A DNA stretch of 63,992 bases, the filler included, from Octopus bimaculoides (lineage: Eukaryota), in assembly GCF_001194135.2 (NCBI RefSeq). It is 7 parts of 5 records of this genome, joined end to end, with 100 filler letters (N's around TTAATTAATTAA, not from the genome) between each part and the next. Parts side by side here need not be neighbours in the genome. Positions count along the whole stretch, not along the records: positions 35,373 to 39,169 come from NC_069006.1; positions 39,270 to 52,103 come from NC_068991.1; 5 more parts are not named here. One strand, written 5' to 3'. The translations under genes were made by a program, and so were the position numbers. Position 1 is the first letter of the stretch. Every line of letters starts with the position of its first letter. Shown here piece after piece: positions 37,361 through 49,268 of this stretch. The notes beneath the pieces are model-generated. The model was given only the letters and a program-made list of their open reading frames with translations. It made no database searches and was not told the DNA's origin.

Positions 37361-38166
37361 AGAAAAAAATGCTGTTAAGAACTGTTTAATAAAATTATGG
37401 ATGTGCGAAGTCTCTGTCCTCCTGATCATTATTAATACTATTTCTTATTCTACGGAAATTATGCAGTCCTGAGTAGGACATTCGAATTTACCAAGTGAGA
37501 ATAGTTATCAGAGCCTAACTACCTCTTGTTAGCTCGGGTATCACAAGAGGACCGTTGTGCTTAGCTGGAATATGAAACCGATTTAAGAGGAAACACGGTA
37601 ACCGCCAGGATAACATATCCCTTTAAGCTCATTCCATCTTTGAACTTCTTTCCTTAAACACCTCAAATGTAAGATCTCTTCCCTGAGGACAGAGGCTCGT
37701 CTCATCCTATGATGGAATCAATCTACAAACAATATTTTGCATCGCCGAGCCGCCAGAAACAGTTGTTGGATTTGTAATACTTTTCTTCAACCCCCTCGAA
37801 TCCTCTATATCATTTGCATTCTGTGTAAACCGAACCTTTTAGTATGTAAACATATACACATTTTTTGTATTTCATGTTTTAATATAGTAAAACTTTATAT
37901 ATTGATCTGTCTTACTTGTTTATTCCTACATTTATTTCTATACCCGCTCAAGTTTAAATCTATTGAGCACTACAAACCAAACATTCATCGATCAGAATAT
38001 ATTATGCCATATTCTAAACTGAAGCAGAGAATATGGGTTGGATTGCTGTGGCGCTTGCGTGTGAAACAAAGGACAACGAGTGAGAGAAAGAGAGGAAGAA
38101 AGGGACAGAGAGGGAGACGGATAGAGCGAGAGAGAGAGAGAGAGAGAGAGAGGACAGAGAGAGGAC

Positions 38167-38218
<52 letters not shown>

Positions 38219-38652
38219 AGGGACTGAGAGAGGAAGAAATGCTTGAAAACGAAACAGGACAGCAAAATGTCGAGTAATTTTTATCAGAATGAGATAAAGA
38301 ATAATTTTATTGTTTTTATGAAGAATTGATAAAAGGAAAAAAGTAAAGAATTCGAACAACTGGATGGTTTCTCAGACATCTTNNNNNNNNNNNNNNNNNN
38401 NNNNNNNNNNNNNNNNNNNNNNNNNNNNNNNNNNNNNNNNNNNNNNNNNNNNNNNNNNNNNNNNNNNNNNNNNNNNNNNNNNNNNNNNNNNNNNNNNNNN
38501 NNNNNNNNNNNNNNNNNNNNNNNNNNNNNNNNNNNNNNNNNNNNNNNNNNNNNNNNNNNNNNNNNNNNNNNNNNNNNNNNNNNNNNNNNNNNNNNNNNNN
38601 NNNNNNNNNNNNNNNNNNNNNNNNNNNNNNNNNNNNNNNNNNNNNNNNNNNN

Positions 38653-38691
<39 letters not shown>

Positions 38692-38692
<1 letters not shown>

Positions 38693-39169
38693 AGGGTGCA
38701 TAAGACATTTGACGACAGATTTACGTTTATTAAAAAAAAAACATATAATAACAGATGATAATTTTAATTATCAAAAATGCTATGAGGATAAAAAATAAAC
38801 CTTCTTTTCTATAATGTTATTCAATAAAGCCACCTTCAACTTCAACAACTGCTTCTATATGGGATCTAAACCATCTACATGCTTGAATCAAGTGATCCTC
38901 GTTCATTTTCAAGATTACTCTGACTACGGCAGCTTTCAAAGAATCTATGGTGTTATGGTCGTGTTCATTGACCTCTCTCTCAACAATGCTCCGTATGTAT
39001 TAGTCCAATGGATAGAGATCTGGGGAATTAGGAGGCCAAATGTTAGGGGTTATGTGATCATGGGAATTTTCAGCCATTCATTCCTGTGTTACTAGAACCA
39101 TGTGCAATAGTGCAGAGTCTTACCGAAACACATATGGCTTTCCATTGCATACACAGTCTATTCAGGGCT
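38692..39169 (-). mobile_element. Tc1/mariner DD37D (maT-type) transposon 3' part, cut by a join
   Basis: DSALLH...WPPNSPDLYPLD has 37 residues between the two Asp. Continues to ACRWFRSHIEAVVEVEGGFIE* (stop 38817-38819) with internal stops. A CAAGGGTG TIR-like end lies near 38692. Confidence 0.85.
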
Positions 39170-39269
39170 NNNNNNNNNNNNNNNNNNNNNNNNNNNNNNN
39201 NNNNNNNNNNNNNTTAATTAATTAANNNNNNNNNNNNNNNNNNNNNNNNNNNNNNNNNNNNNNNNNNNN
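39170..39269. other. Artificial scaffold join (44 N + TTAATTAATTAA + 44 N)
   Basis: Same 100-bp structure. Confidence 0.95.
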
Positions 39270-39635
39270 ACCACCACTACTAACCTTGCCACCATCATCG
39301 CCACCACTACATCCACCACCACCACCACCACCACCACCACTATTACCATACCATCACCACTATCAACACCAGACGCATCACGGTCACCAACAGCGTCACC
39401 ATCACCACCGGCGCCTCCACCACCACTACTAACCTTGCCACCATCATCGCCACCACTACATCCACCACCACCACCACCACCACCACCACTATTACCATAC
39501 CATCACCACTATCAACACCAGACGCATCACGGTCACCAACAGCGTCACCATCACCACCGGCGCCTCCACCACCACTACTAACCTTGCCACCATCATCGCC
39601 ACCACTACATCCACCACCACCACCACCACCACCAC
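39270..39635. repeat. 149-bp (CAC)-rich tandem repeat x2.4
   Basis: Units start at 39270, 39419 and 39568, apparently identical, bounded by gaps. Confidence 0.85.
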
Positions 39636-40193
39636 NNNNNNNNNNNNNNNNNNNNNNNNNNNNNNNNNNNNNNNNNNNNNNNNNNNNNNNNNNNNNNNNN
39701 NNNNNNNNNNNNNNNNNNNNNNNNNNNNNNNNNNNNNNNNNNNNNNNNNNNNNNNNNNNNNNNNNNNNNNNNNNNNNNNNNNNNNNNNNNNNNNNNNNNN
39801 NNNNNNNNNNNNNNNNNNNNNNNNNNNNNNNNNNNNNNNNNNNNNNNNNNNNNNNNNNNNNNNNNNNNNNNNNNNNNNNNNNNNNNNNNNNNNNNNNNNN
39901 NNNNNNNNNNNNNNNNNNNNNNNNNNNNNNNNNNNNNNNNNNNNNNNNNNNNNNNNNNNNNNNNNNNNNNNNNNNNNNNNNNNNNNNNNNNNNNNNNNNN
40001 NNNNNNNNNNNNNNNNNNNNNNNNNNNNNNNNNNNNNNNNNNNNNNNNNNNNNNNNNNNNNNNNNNNNNNNNNNNNNTCTTCTTCTTTATTCTTCCTTTT
40101 AGCCTTTTGTTTTGATAGCTATTTTTAATGTGGAGGGAGTTTCCTTGACCTAAATAAAAGTGACACCATTGCAGCCTCACCACCAGCAGCAGC

Positions 40194-40226
<33 letters not shown>

Positions 40227-40885
40227 TGTAGTAGTAGAAGAAGAAGCAGTAGTAGTAATAGTTGATGTTTTGGTTGTAAATTTTTAGGGGGTTTTGTTGG
40301 TTTTGTAGTTGTTCTTGATGCTGCTGCAGTTGTTGTTGTTGTTGCTGCTGCTGCTGCTGCTGCTGTTATGCGACTTGTTGCAGTATTTGTTTGTGTTGTT
40401 ATTGTTGTCGTCGTCGCCGTCGCCCTCGTTGTTTCTGCCGCTGTTGTTGTCGTTGTTGTTGTTGTTGTAGTGGAATGATATGGCGGTCACTGCAGATGTT
40501 GTTATGGTAACACTATTGCTGCTGCTGCTGTTGTTATTGTTATTGCGGCTGTCACTGTTGTCACCGCCGCCGCCAACGCCGCCACCGCCGCCACCGTCAA
40601 CGTGGATGTCGCTGGTGTTACTGTTGTGGTTGTTGTTCCATTTGTTGTTGTTGTTGCTGTTATGCTCCAGATCTGCCCTGACAGAGCAGACGCCTATGAC
40701 ACGTCGAAAAATGTCCAAAGCACATATTACTCCTAGACGCCATCTGCATGAAAAGGTTATTGTTAAGTAAGTGTTAACATTCATTGCATACAGCATCAAT
40801 CAGACAGCAATAAAACAACAATGCGATAAGGAAAAACCAAGCGAAAACGTTGCTCGTTAATTATATGTATTTTGATGACGTTAAT

Positions 40886-41152
40886 GATGCAGCGTGGAAG
40901 ATGTTTATAAACCATTTAAAAATACACAAAAACCGTTAGATTCACTACAACATTTAAATTTAATTTGTCAAAATACTTTCCTCGCTTTGAAACCGCGACC
41001 TGTTTACTGACAAAATTTCGTGCTTGTCAGTGAACAGGTCGCAGTTTCAAAGCGCCGAAAATATTTTGACAAATTAAATTTAAATGTTGAAGTGAATCTA
41101 ACGGTTTTTGTGTGTTTTTAAATTGCTTATAAACACCTTCCACGCTTCAATC
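40886..41152. mobile_element. Foldback/palindromic MITE-like element
   Basis: ~127-bp arms (40886-41013 and 41024-41152) are reverse complements with scattered mismatches, around a 10-nt spacer AATTTCGTGC. Confidence 0.85.
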
Positions 41153-41249
41153 GTTTTTGTTTCAGCACACGATCTCAGATCAGGTCACTTGCTATGCAAG
41201 TACATCTCCGTTAATGATGTTAAAACCGGGCGTTGTGTGTGTTTATTGA

Positions 41250-41535
41250 GCGAAAACACCTCAAGCTCCATGAGGCTCCGGCAGGGGATGGTGGCCAACC
41301 CTGCTGTACTCTTCCACCACAACTTTCTCTCACTCTTACTTCCTGTTTCTGTTGTGCCTGTAATTCAAAGGGTCAGCCTTGTCACACTGTGTCACGTTGA
41401 ATATCCCCGAGAACTACGTTAAGGGTACACGTGTCTGTGGAGTGCTCAGCCACTTGCACGTTAATTTCACGAGCAGGCTGTTCCGTTGATCGGATCAACT
41501 GGAACCCTCCACGTCGTAAGCGACGGAGTGCCAAC
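41250..41535 (+). mobile_element. Dispersed repeat family C (SINE-like), copy 1
   Basis: Homologous to 49269-49630, e.g. GTGTCTGTGGAGTGCTCAGCCA.TTGCACGTTAATTTCACGAGCAGGCTGTTCCGTTGATC. Confidence 0.8.
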
Positions 41536-42432
41536 AACATCTACCACAGCATACTTTTTTCTAACAGAACATCCAAGTTTAAGTGAGACTAAGTATTATC
41601 TATCTGCAGTAATTTCTACCTCTGTCGCTAATATATACTTTTTAAAACAGTTACAGTTTGGAAGACACATATTAGCTATTCAAATACACGCGAAAACTGT
41701 TAACTTCACTGAAACATTTATTACATAGGGTTAGAATTTTCGTTGCACCAACTGCAACCTGGTGACTGACATATCAGTGGAATTGCGTCAGTGATCAAGT
41801 CGAACTTTATATCATGAAAATTAGCTTTAAATAATTCCGATAAAAAAATGCATGGGAGATAACTTCGATATCTATCCTTTAAAAAAACTGAACGCGGAGC
41901 ACGCAGCAATACTCGGTATCTGTTGTTCCTTTTTTTTCTTCCTCACAACTGTCTGTCATTTCAACATCTGTTTCGTATTTGTTCATTCCCTTGAAGACAG
42001 AGAGAACAATTTGTTGTTTTGTTCGTATTTTGTAGCTGTTTGTATAAGTTTCCCCTTATTCATTATTAGTTATTTTTATAGACCTACAGTGGATATTTTA
42101 TAATAGTTTCCTAGTTACTTAACACCCCCTACTCCCTTGCACTTACCCCTTTAGTAAATATGATCGTTCTATCTCCCTTATATACTGGTGTATGCGAAAT
42201 GAGGTCATTATTTTTCTTGTATTATTTCTCGTCTAGTCTTTCGAGTTCGGTTAAGCTTCGAGTTTAGAATATAATAACAGTAGCTTATTTTTAGGACAGT
42301 TATTGTAATGATGCCAATTACTTCATTTATTATTATTATTATTATTATCATTATTATTATTGTTATTATTATTATTATTTTAACTCTGTTTTGAGTACTA
42401 ATATAGTGTAGGTTCAATATTACCTCTAACTA

Positions 42433-43080
42433 AGTTAGCGAGCCGGCAGAATCGTTACAGCGCTAGTAAATATGCTTAGTTGTATTTCTTTCGACTTCAC
42501 GTTCAGAGTTCAAATTACGCCGAGGTCGACTTTGCCTTTTATCCTTTCGGAGTCGATAAATTAAGTATCAATTGCGTACTGGGTCGATCTAAACGACTAT
42601 CACCCTCCCATAAAATTTCGGGCCTTGTGCCTAGAATAGAAAAGAATATTTAAGAACTTGGTAAGGCGGCGAGCTGGCAGAATCGTTAGTACGCCAGGGG
42701 AAAATGCTTAGCGGCATTCTGTCTGTCTTTATGTTCTGAGTTCAAATTCCACCGAGGTCGAATTTGCCTTAAATCCTTACGGGGTCGATAAAATAAATGT
42801 CAGATGAGCACTAGCGTCGATGTAATCGACATAGCTCCCTCCCAGGAACTGATGATCTTGTGCCAAAATTTGAAACCAGTGCATAGAATAGACTGAAGGC
42901 AACGTGCTGGAAGAATCGGTAGTCCCTCTTTACGTTCTGAGTTCAAAGTCCGGCGAGGTCGACTTTGTCTTTCATCCTTTCGGTGTTTATAAAATAAGCA
43001 CCATTTGAGCCTGGTGTGGGGGTCTATGTTATCGACTTGCCCCTCGCAGGAACTGCTGGCCTTGTACCAAAATTTGAAAT
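42433..43080 (+). mobile_element. Three head-to-tail SINE B copies
   Basis: Copies at 42433-42647, 42663-42877 and 42896-43080 (the last with an internal deletion). Confidence 0.88.
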
Positions 43081-43700
43081 CAATGTCTAATTACTTGGAA
43101 TATTCCCCACCAGGCCCAGTTCTTGTTTCAGTGATGTCGTGTGTGCGCCTCAGTGGCTCTGAGTGCTGTGCCAGAGGAACCAAGACCCAACCAGAGATCC
43201 CCGTGCCGCTCAACTCAAAGGACAGAGGCCAGACTAATATGGATCACCTCTTCCCAAAGGTAAAGAGCGAAGTTATTAAAGCAATGACAACATTTCAGAA
43301 ACCTGGCAATGGAAGACCTTCCCAGGGTCGATAAAAGTCGTCCATTGCCTATGCACGATAGGGAACGAAGCGCTTAAGAACGTACTTGAAATTCTGTGCT
43401 AGTTAAATCTTTTATATCGTTTCTTTTTCTTTTTTAATCAATAATGTTATTAGAATACTTAATTAAGTTTCTTCTTCAAATTTACTTCGCTTTGGCACAT
43501 TTCTTATTCGTATTTCTTATTCTTAGGTCAGCTAATGTTCTACTGCTTATCACAGCACTTTTTTTTTCTTTATCATTATTTGGCTTCGTAATAATGTAAT
43601 ACGTATGTAATTAACACTTCTTAACCTTTTCCTTCATTTACGTGTTTTGTAATTTTTTTGTAATCAGACTAGTTTATTAACTTCTTAACACTTGTATCTC

Positions 43701-43913
43701 TGCGAGCTGGCAGAAGCATTAGCAGGCCAGGCGAAATGCATAGCGGTATTTCGTCTGTCTTTACGTTCTGAGTTCAAATTCTGCTGACGTCGGCTTTGCC
43801 TTTCATCCTTTCGGGGGTCGATAAATTAAATACAAATTGCGTACTGGACTCGATCTAATCAACTGGCCCCCTCCCCAAAAATTTCAGGCCTTGTGCCTAG
43901 ACTAGAAAAGAAT
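43701..43913 (+). mobile_element. SINE family B, full-length copy
   Basis: Complete head, core and tail. Confidence 0.88.
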
Positions 43914-44637
43914 ACTTGTATATTTCTGTTAGTCTAATTCTCTTATCTCTATTAAATCTTTTCTTTTATCTGTGTTTTTTTTTTCTTTTAGCAGCTCTAG
44001 AATATTATGAGGCTTCTTAATTTTTCTCTTCACGTTTGCTTTGCCTTGGCACAGTTTCCTAATCAGAATCTTTTATTTTTAGGACTCTTAGCATATATTT
44101 TATGACCATAAGTTCTTATTATTTAACTCTGTTACAATATTGTTTCATATTACATCCTAAACTTTTCCTTAGTTCATTAATACCACTAAGTAATTACACA
44201 TCTGTGTTGCACTAATTCTCTTATCTTTATTTTATATTTTTAATCGAGAATTTTATTAGAGTTCTTAACTAAGATTTCTCTTCAAAATTACTGTCTTGGT
44301 ACCATTTTCTAATCCAATTCTCGTATCAATTCATCTAGCAAATCTGCTTACTGTCTGCCGTAGTAATTTTAACAGTGTATCATTGAAGTGTACAACTCTA
44401 GGTCGTTCAGATTCAAAGTTATTTGATTATTCTTCCCTACATTTGTATCGGAGTCAAGTCTAGATCAAGATGCCCATTAATGGTCCTAGTGCGCGACGGA
44501 ATAGAGGTTGTAATAGGGAATATACTCCTTCCATACAATACAGACAGGAGTTACTCTTTTATAATTCTCTCTTTTGTCTATATCTGCCGAATTGCTTGCT
44601 ATTTTCTCATAGAGTGCTTAATACACGATATTCAGCA

Positions 44638-44830
44638 CAAGACGGCGAGCTGGCAGAAACGTTAGCATGCCGGGCGAAATGCTTAGCGGTATTTTGTCTG
44701 CTGTTACGTTCTGAGTTCAAATTCCACCGCGGTCGACTTTGCCTTTCATCTTTTCGGGGTCGATAAATTAAGTACCAGTTGCGTACTGGGGTCAATGTAA
44801 TTGACTTAATCCGTTTTCCTGCCCCCTTAA
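44638..44830 (+). mobile_element. SINE family B copy
   Basis: GGCGAGCTGGCAGAAACGTTAGCATGCCGGGCGAAATGCTTAGCGG head and core. Confidence 0.88.
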
Positions 44831-44919
44831 TATTATATATATATATATATATATCTTTTAATCCGTGCCGTTCTCCGAACCTTCTTATTCTTACTACAGC
44901 AAATTCGCTGATCAAGTCT

Positions 44920-45482
44920 TTATTACAACAACAACTACTACTACTACTACCATCACCATCAGTACCACCACTATTCCTACCGTCACTATTATTACAACTA
45001 TCACCACAACTGCTTCCACCACAACCACGGCCACATCTCCGCCACCACCACCACTACTACTACTGCTACTACTACTACCATCAGTACCACCACTACCACA
45101 ACTATCACAACTGCTGCCACCACAACCACGACCACCATCACCATCACCACCACCACTACCACCATACCACCATCGTCAGCAAAACCAACACCAACACTGC
45201 TAATACCACAAAAATCACCACCACCACAACTACAACTACCACAACCATCTCAACTACCACAACCACCACCCTTGCTACTACTACTACTACTACAACTACC
45301 ACAACCATTACTACCATCAGCAGCAAAACCAACACCTTCAGTACTACGACTGCTACCACCACAACCACCACCACCACTACCACTACTATAACCACTATTA
45401 CAATCACCATCATAATCATCATCACCAACACCAACACCACCATTGCTATACTACTACTACTACTACCACCACCACCATTGCT

Positions 45483-45515
<33 letters not shown>

Positions 45516-45520
45516 ACACC
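44920..45520. repeat. Cryptic (ACT/ACC/CAT)n low-complexity region
   Basis: Mixed triplet runs with internal duplicated blocks. These generate the poly-T/H/Y ORFs in the track. Confidence 0.85.
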
Positions 45521-45854
45521 ACCTATCGTAATTCTTATCGTAATGTCTCGGAAGTGTCACACTGCACTAATTTATTACCGTCACTGTGTATATACTACCT
45601 TCATTATTATTTGATAATTACTATTATAATTAGTGTTGATCAGTTAAAGACGAGGTTGTTTTATACTCTGGGGAATTTATGTCTGCGATAATAAGATAAT
45701 GAGCTGTTTCAATACCTCCATGTAAATAAACAAAGCGTCTATATGCGTTTAAACCTTAGTGGATGTGTATATATATGTGTACAGGTGTGTTTGTGTGTGC
45801 GTGTGTATGTGAGTGTGTTTATACGCGCATACATACATGGGTTTATATGTAGAT

Positions 45855-46183
45855 GTGGCATCTTGGGGAAGTGTCTTCTACTATAGCCTCGGGCCGACCA
45901 AAGCCTTGTGAGTAGATTTGGTAGACGGAAACTGAAAGAAGCCCGTCGTATATATGTATATATATATATGTATGTGTGTATGTGTTTGTGTGTCTGTGTT
46001 TGTCCCCCCAACATCGCTTGACAACCGATGCTGGTGTGTTTATGCCCCCGTAACCTAGCGGTTCGGCAATAGAGACCGACAGAATAAGTACTAGGCTTCT
46101 AAAGAATAAGTCCTGGGGTCGATTTGCTCGACTAAAGGCGGTGCTCCAGCATGGCCACAGTCAAAAGACTGAAACAAGTAAAA
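45855..46183 (+). mobile_element. SINE family A, 5'-truncated young copy
   Basis: Close match to 7131-7550 with an intact internal (TA)/(TG) tract. Confidence 0.88.
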
Positions 46184-46616
46184 AAAAATACATATATAGT
46201 TCTACATGTAGATGTATGCATACATAAATATTTCTACATATGTGTATGCCTAAATGTATTTATGTGTGTAAGGATATGTAGATAGATACAAAAAAAATTA
46301 TAATTATAAGCATAATTATAATTAGGGATCAGCAAAATTGCTTCACCACATACCGAAATTTAGAAATAGTAGTTAAATACTATTCTACTACCATAAGATA
46401 TCTCCCAGACAGAAATACTCCCAACTCACGCAGGCCGCTTGGTCGAATACATATTTTAATTATTAATACTCTCAAATTTGTAATTGAAATACTCTAAGTA
46501 GAAACAGTACTGTACTGTATATATTTTTTTATTATTATTTTCATAATTTGTATATATTTGTTTTATTATAAAACGCAAAACAACAGCACGGAGGAATCGA
46601 CGTACGCTTAAATAAT

Positions 46617-46685
46617 AAACCGCGATAGGTGAACGGCGGTAGGTGAACCGTGATAGGTGAACCGCGATATGGTGAGAGATCACTG
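46617..46685 (-). mobile_element. Tigger/pogo-like terminus with 14-bp subterminal repeats x4
   Basis: The - strand reads TA|CAGTGATCTCTCACCATATCGCGGTTCACC..., with repeats of GAACCGCGATAGGT. Confidence 0.6.
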
Positions 46686-47029
46686 TATCGACTTGCCTAT
46701 CTTGCTTGTCCTTACATTTACGCCTCTACCCGCTCAAGTTCAAATCTCTTGAGCACTATGAAGTGTATTCTATACAGAGAATATCTGTCTCTAATCTATA
46801 TATGAGTGTGTGTGTGTGTGTCTGTCAGTATGTATGGATGTATGTATAAATACGATACATGTATATAAATATGTATAAATACGTGTGTGTGTGTGTGTGT
46901 GTGTGTGTNNNNNNNNNNTGTGTGTGTGTGTGTGTGTGTGTGCGTGCGTGTGTGTGCAGTGGAATAGAAGAAAACGTATTTAGTCGCAGCCCTTTAAGCT
47001 ATGATTCCAAATCTGGCAGGGGCCAAATT

Positions 47030-47086
47030 TGCACTCCTTCTTCTTCTTCTTCTTCTTCTTCTTCTTCTTCTTCTTCTCCTCCTCCT

Positions 47087-47119
<33 letters not shown>

Positions 47120-47340
47120 CCTCCTTCTCCTTCTTCTTCTTCTTCTTGTTCGTCTTTTTCTTCGTCCACAATTTATTTTTTTCTTCTTCTCCTCCCCACT
47201 TTCCTTCCTCTCGTTCTCTTCCTCCCCACTTTTTCGTCTTCCTCTTTTTCTCCTGCTTCTTCACCTCCACCTCTCCTCCCTCCCCTTCTTCTTTTCCTCC
47301 ACCTCCTCCTCTACTCCCTTTTTTTTTTATCTCCCTTTCA
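47030..47340. repeat. (CTT)n/(CCT)n microsatellite complex
   Basis: Directly visible polypyrimidine triplet runs. Confidence 0.9.
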
Positions 47341-47474
47341 TTGTAAGCTTCCAAGGAACGTATCAGTGTTTTCTATAAAGGAATGTTGCCAGCGCTTCGC
47401 TTTAAATCTTTTCTCATTTGTAAAGAAGAAAAAGTGAGTGAATAAGAGTGAATGTGTGTGTATGTGTATGTATA

Positions 47475-47542
<68 letters not shown>

Positions 47543-48254
47543 AGCGAGCAAAATACTTGACTGATATTTCATTTATTCGACCTGGAAGCATGAAAGTAAA
47601 GTTGACCTCGACATGATTTGAACTCAGAACGCAGAGAACCGGAACAAATGCCACAAAGCGTTATATCTATCGCTCTAAAGAATCTTCCAATTCAGCACTT
47701 CGCTATATTATATTATTGGCGATAACTTCCATTAAAATCACTTGTCTTAGTTCTGTGTTAGTAATCATTATAATATATATAACAATTGTTTAGGAACATA
47801 TATTCTCTTTGAAGTTTTCTTTTTTCTCTTTGTTTTTTTGTTTCCCCCAACAACCACTACCACCACCATCACCTAAAGAGATCCATTAAGATATCAGCAT
47901 GTTTTTGTTGTTGTTCACACGAGAACCTTTACTGAGTACGCAAATGTACCGAAGGGTCACGTAACCGATTTAAACAAAACCGACCTTAGCTATAAGGAAT
48001 CGCTCGCTGTTTTCATTGAACCATAAATGTAAGAATCAAACCACTCTAAGATCTGACGATTCGCAACCGGTTGTATTAATGCTCAATGTTTTATTAAGGA
48101 GAAATGTTTGAACCTTTCTGTTACGTCAGCCATGTCTGGCCAGCTTATATTCTTATATGCGTGTGTACAAATATATATAATTCTAATCCTATTCTTACAT
48201 ATATGTGGATATGAGTGTGTGTGTGGGCATATATAATATATACATACATACATA

Positions 48255-48302
<48 letters not shown>

Positions 48303-49268
48303 NNNNNNNNNNNNNNNNNNNNNNNNNNNNNNNNNNNNNNNNNNNNNNNNNNNNNNNNNNNNNNNNNNNNNNNNNNNNNNNNNNNNNNNNNNNNNNNNNN
48401 NNNNNNNNNNNNNNNNNNNNNNNNNNNNNNNNNNNNNNNNNNNNNNNNNNNNNNNNNNNNNNNNNNNNNNNNNNNNNNNNNNNNNNNNNNNNNNNNNNNN
48501 NNNNNNNNNNNNNNNNNNNNNNNNNNNNNNNNNNNNNNNNNNNNNNNNNNNNNNNNNNNNNNNNNNNNNNNNNNNNNNNNNNNNNNNNNNNNNNNNNNNN
48601 NNNNNNNNNNNNNNNNNNNNNNNNNNNNNNNNNNNNNNNNNNNNNNNNNNNNNNNNNNNNNNNNNNNNNNNNNNNNNNNNNNNNNNNNNNNNNNNNNNNN
48701 NNNNNNNNNNNNNNNNNNNNNNNNNNNNNNNNNNNNNNNNNNNNNNNNNNNNNNNNNNNNNNNNNNNNNNNNNNNNNNNNNNNNNNNNNNNNNNNNNNNN
48801 NNNNNNNNNNNNNNNNNNNNNNNNNNNNNNNNNNNNNNNNNNNNNNNNNNNNNNNNNNNNNNNNNNNNNNNNNNNNNNNNNNNNNNNNNNNNNNNNNNNN
48901 NNNNNNNNNNNNNNNNNNNNNNNNNNNNNNNNNNNNNNNNNNNNNNNNNNNNNNNNNNNNNNNNNNNNNNNNNNNNNNNNNNNNNNNNNNNNNNNNNNNN
49001 NNNNNNNNNNNNNNNNNNNNNNNNNNNNNNNNNNNNNNNNNNNNNNNNNNNNNNNNNNNNNNNNNNNNNNNNNNNNNNNNNNNNNNNNNNNNNNNNNNNN
49101 NNNNNNNNNNNNNNNNNNNNNNNNNNNNNNNNNNNNNNNNNNNNNNNNNNNNNNNNNNNNNNNNNNNNNNNNNNNNNNNNNNNNNNNNNNNNNNNNNNNN
49201 NNNNNNNNNNNNNNNNNNNNNNNNNNNNNNNNNNNNNNNNNNNNNNNNNNNNNNNNNNNNNNNNNNNN

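Noticed and set aside
40670-40725. GACG/CGTC stem followed by GAAA, hammerhead-like
   Set aside because: No CUGANGA adjacent to the stem and no stem I.
40284-40799. Long N/G/S/L-rich ORFs (also 29220-29597, 31544-32344, 44779-45531, 46859-47437, 57209-58092)
   Set aside because: Translations of triplet or dinucleotide microsatellites that lack stops by composition.
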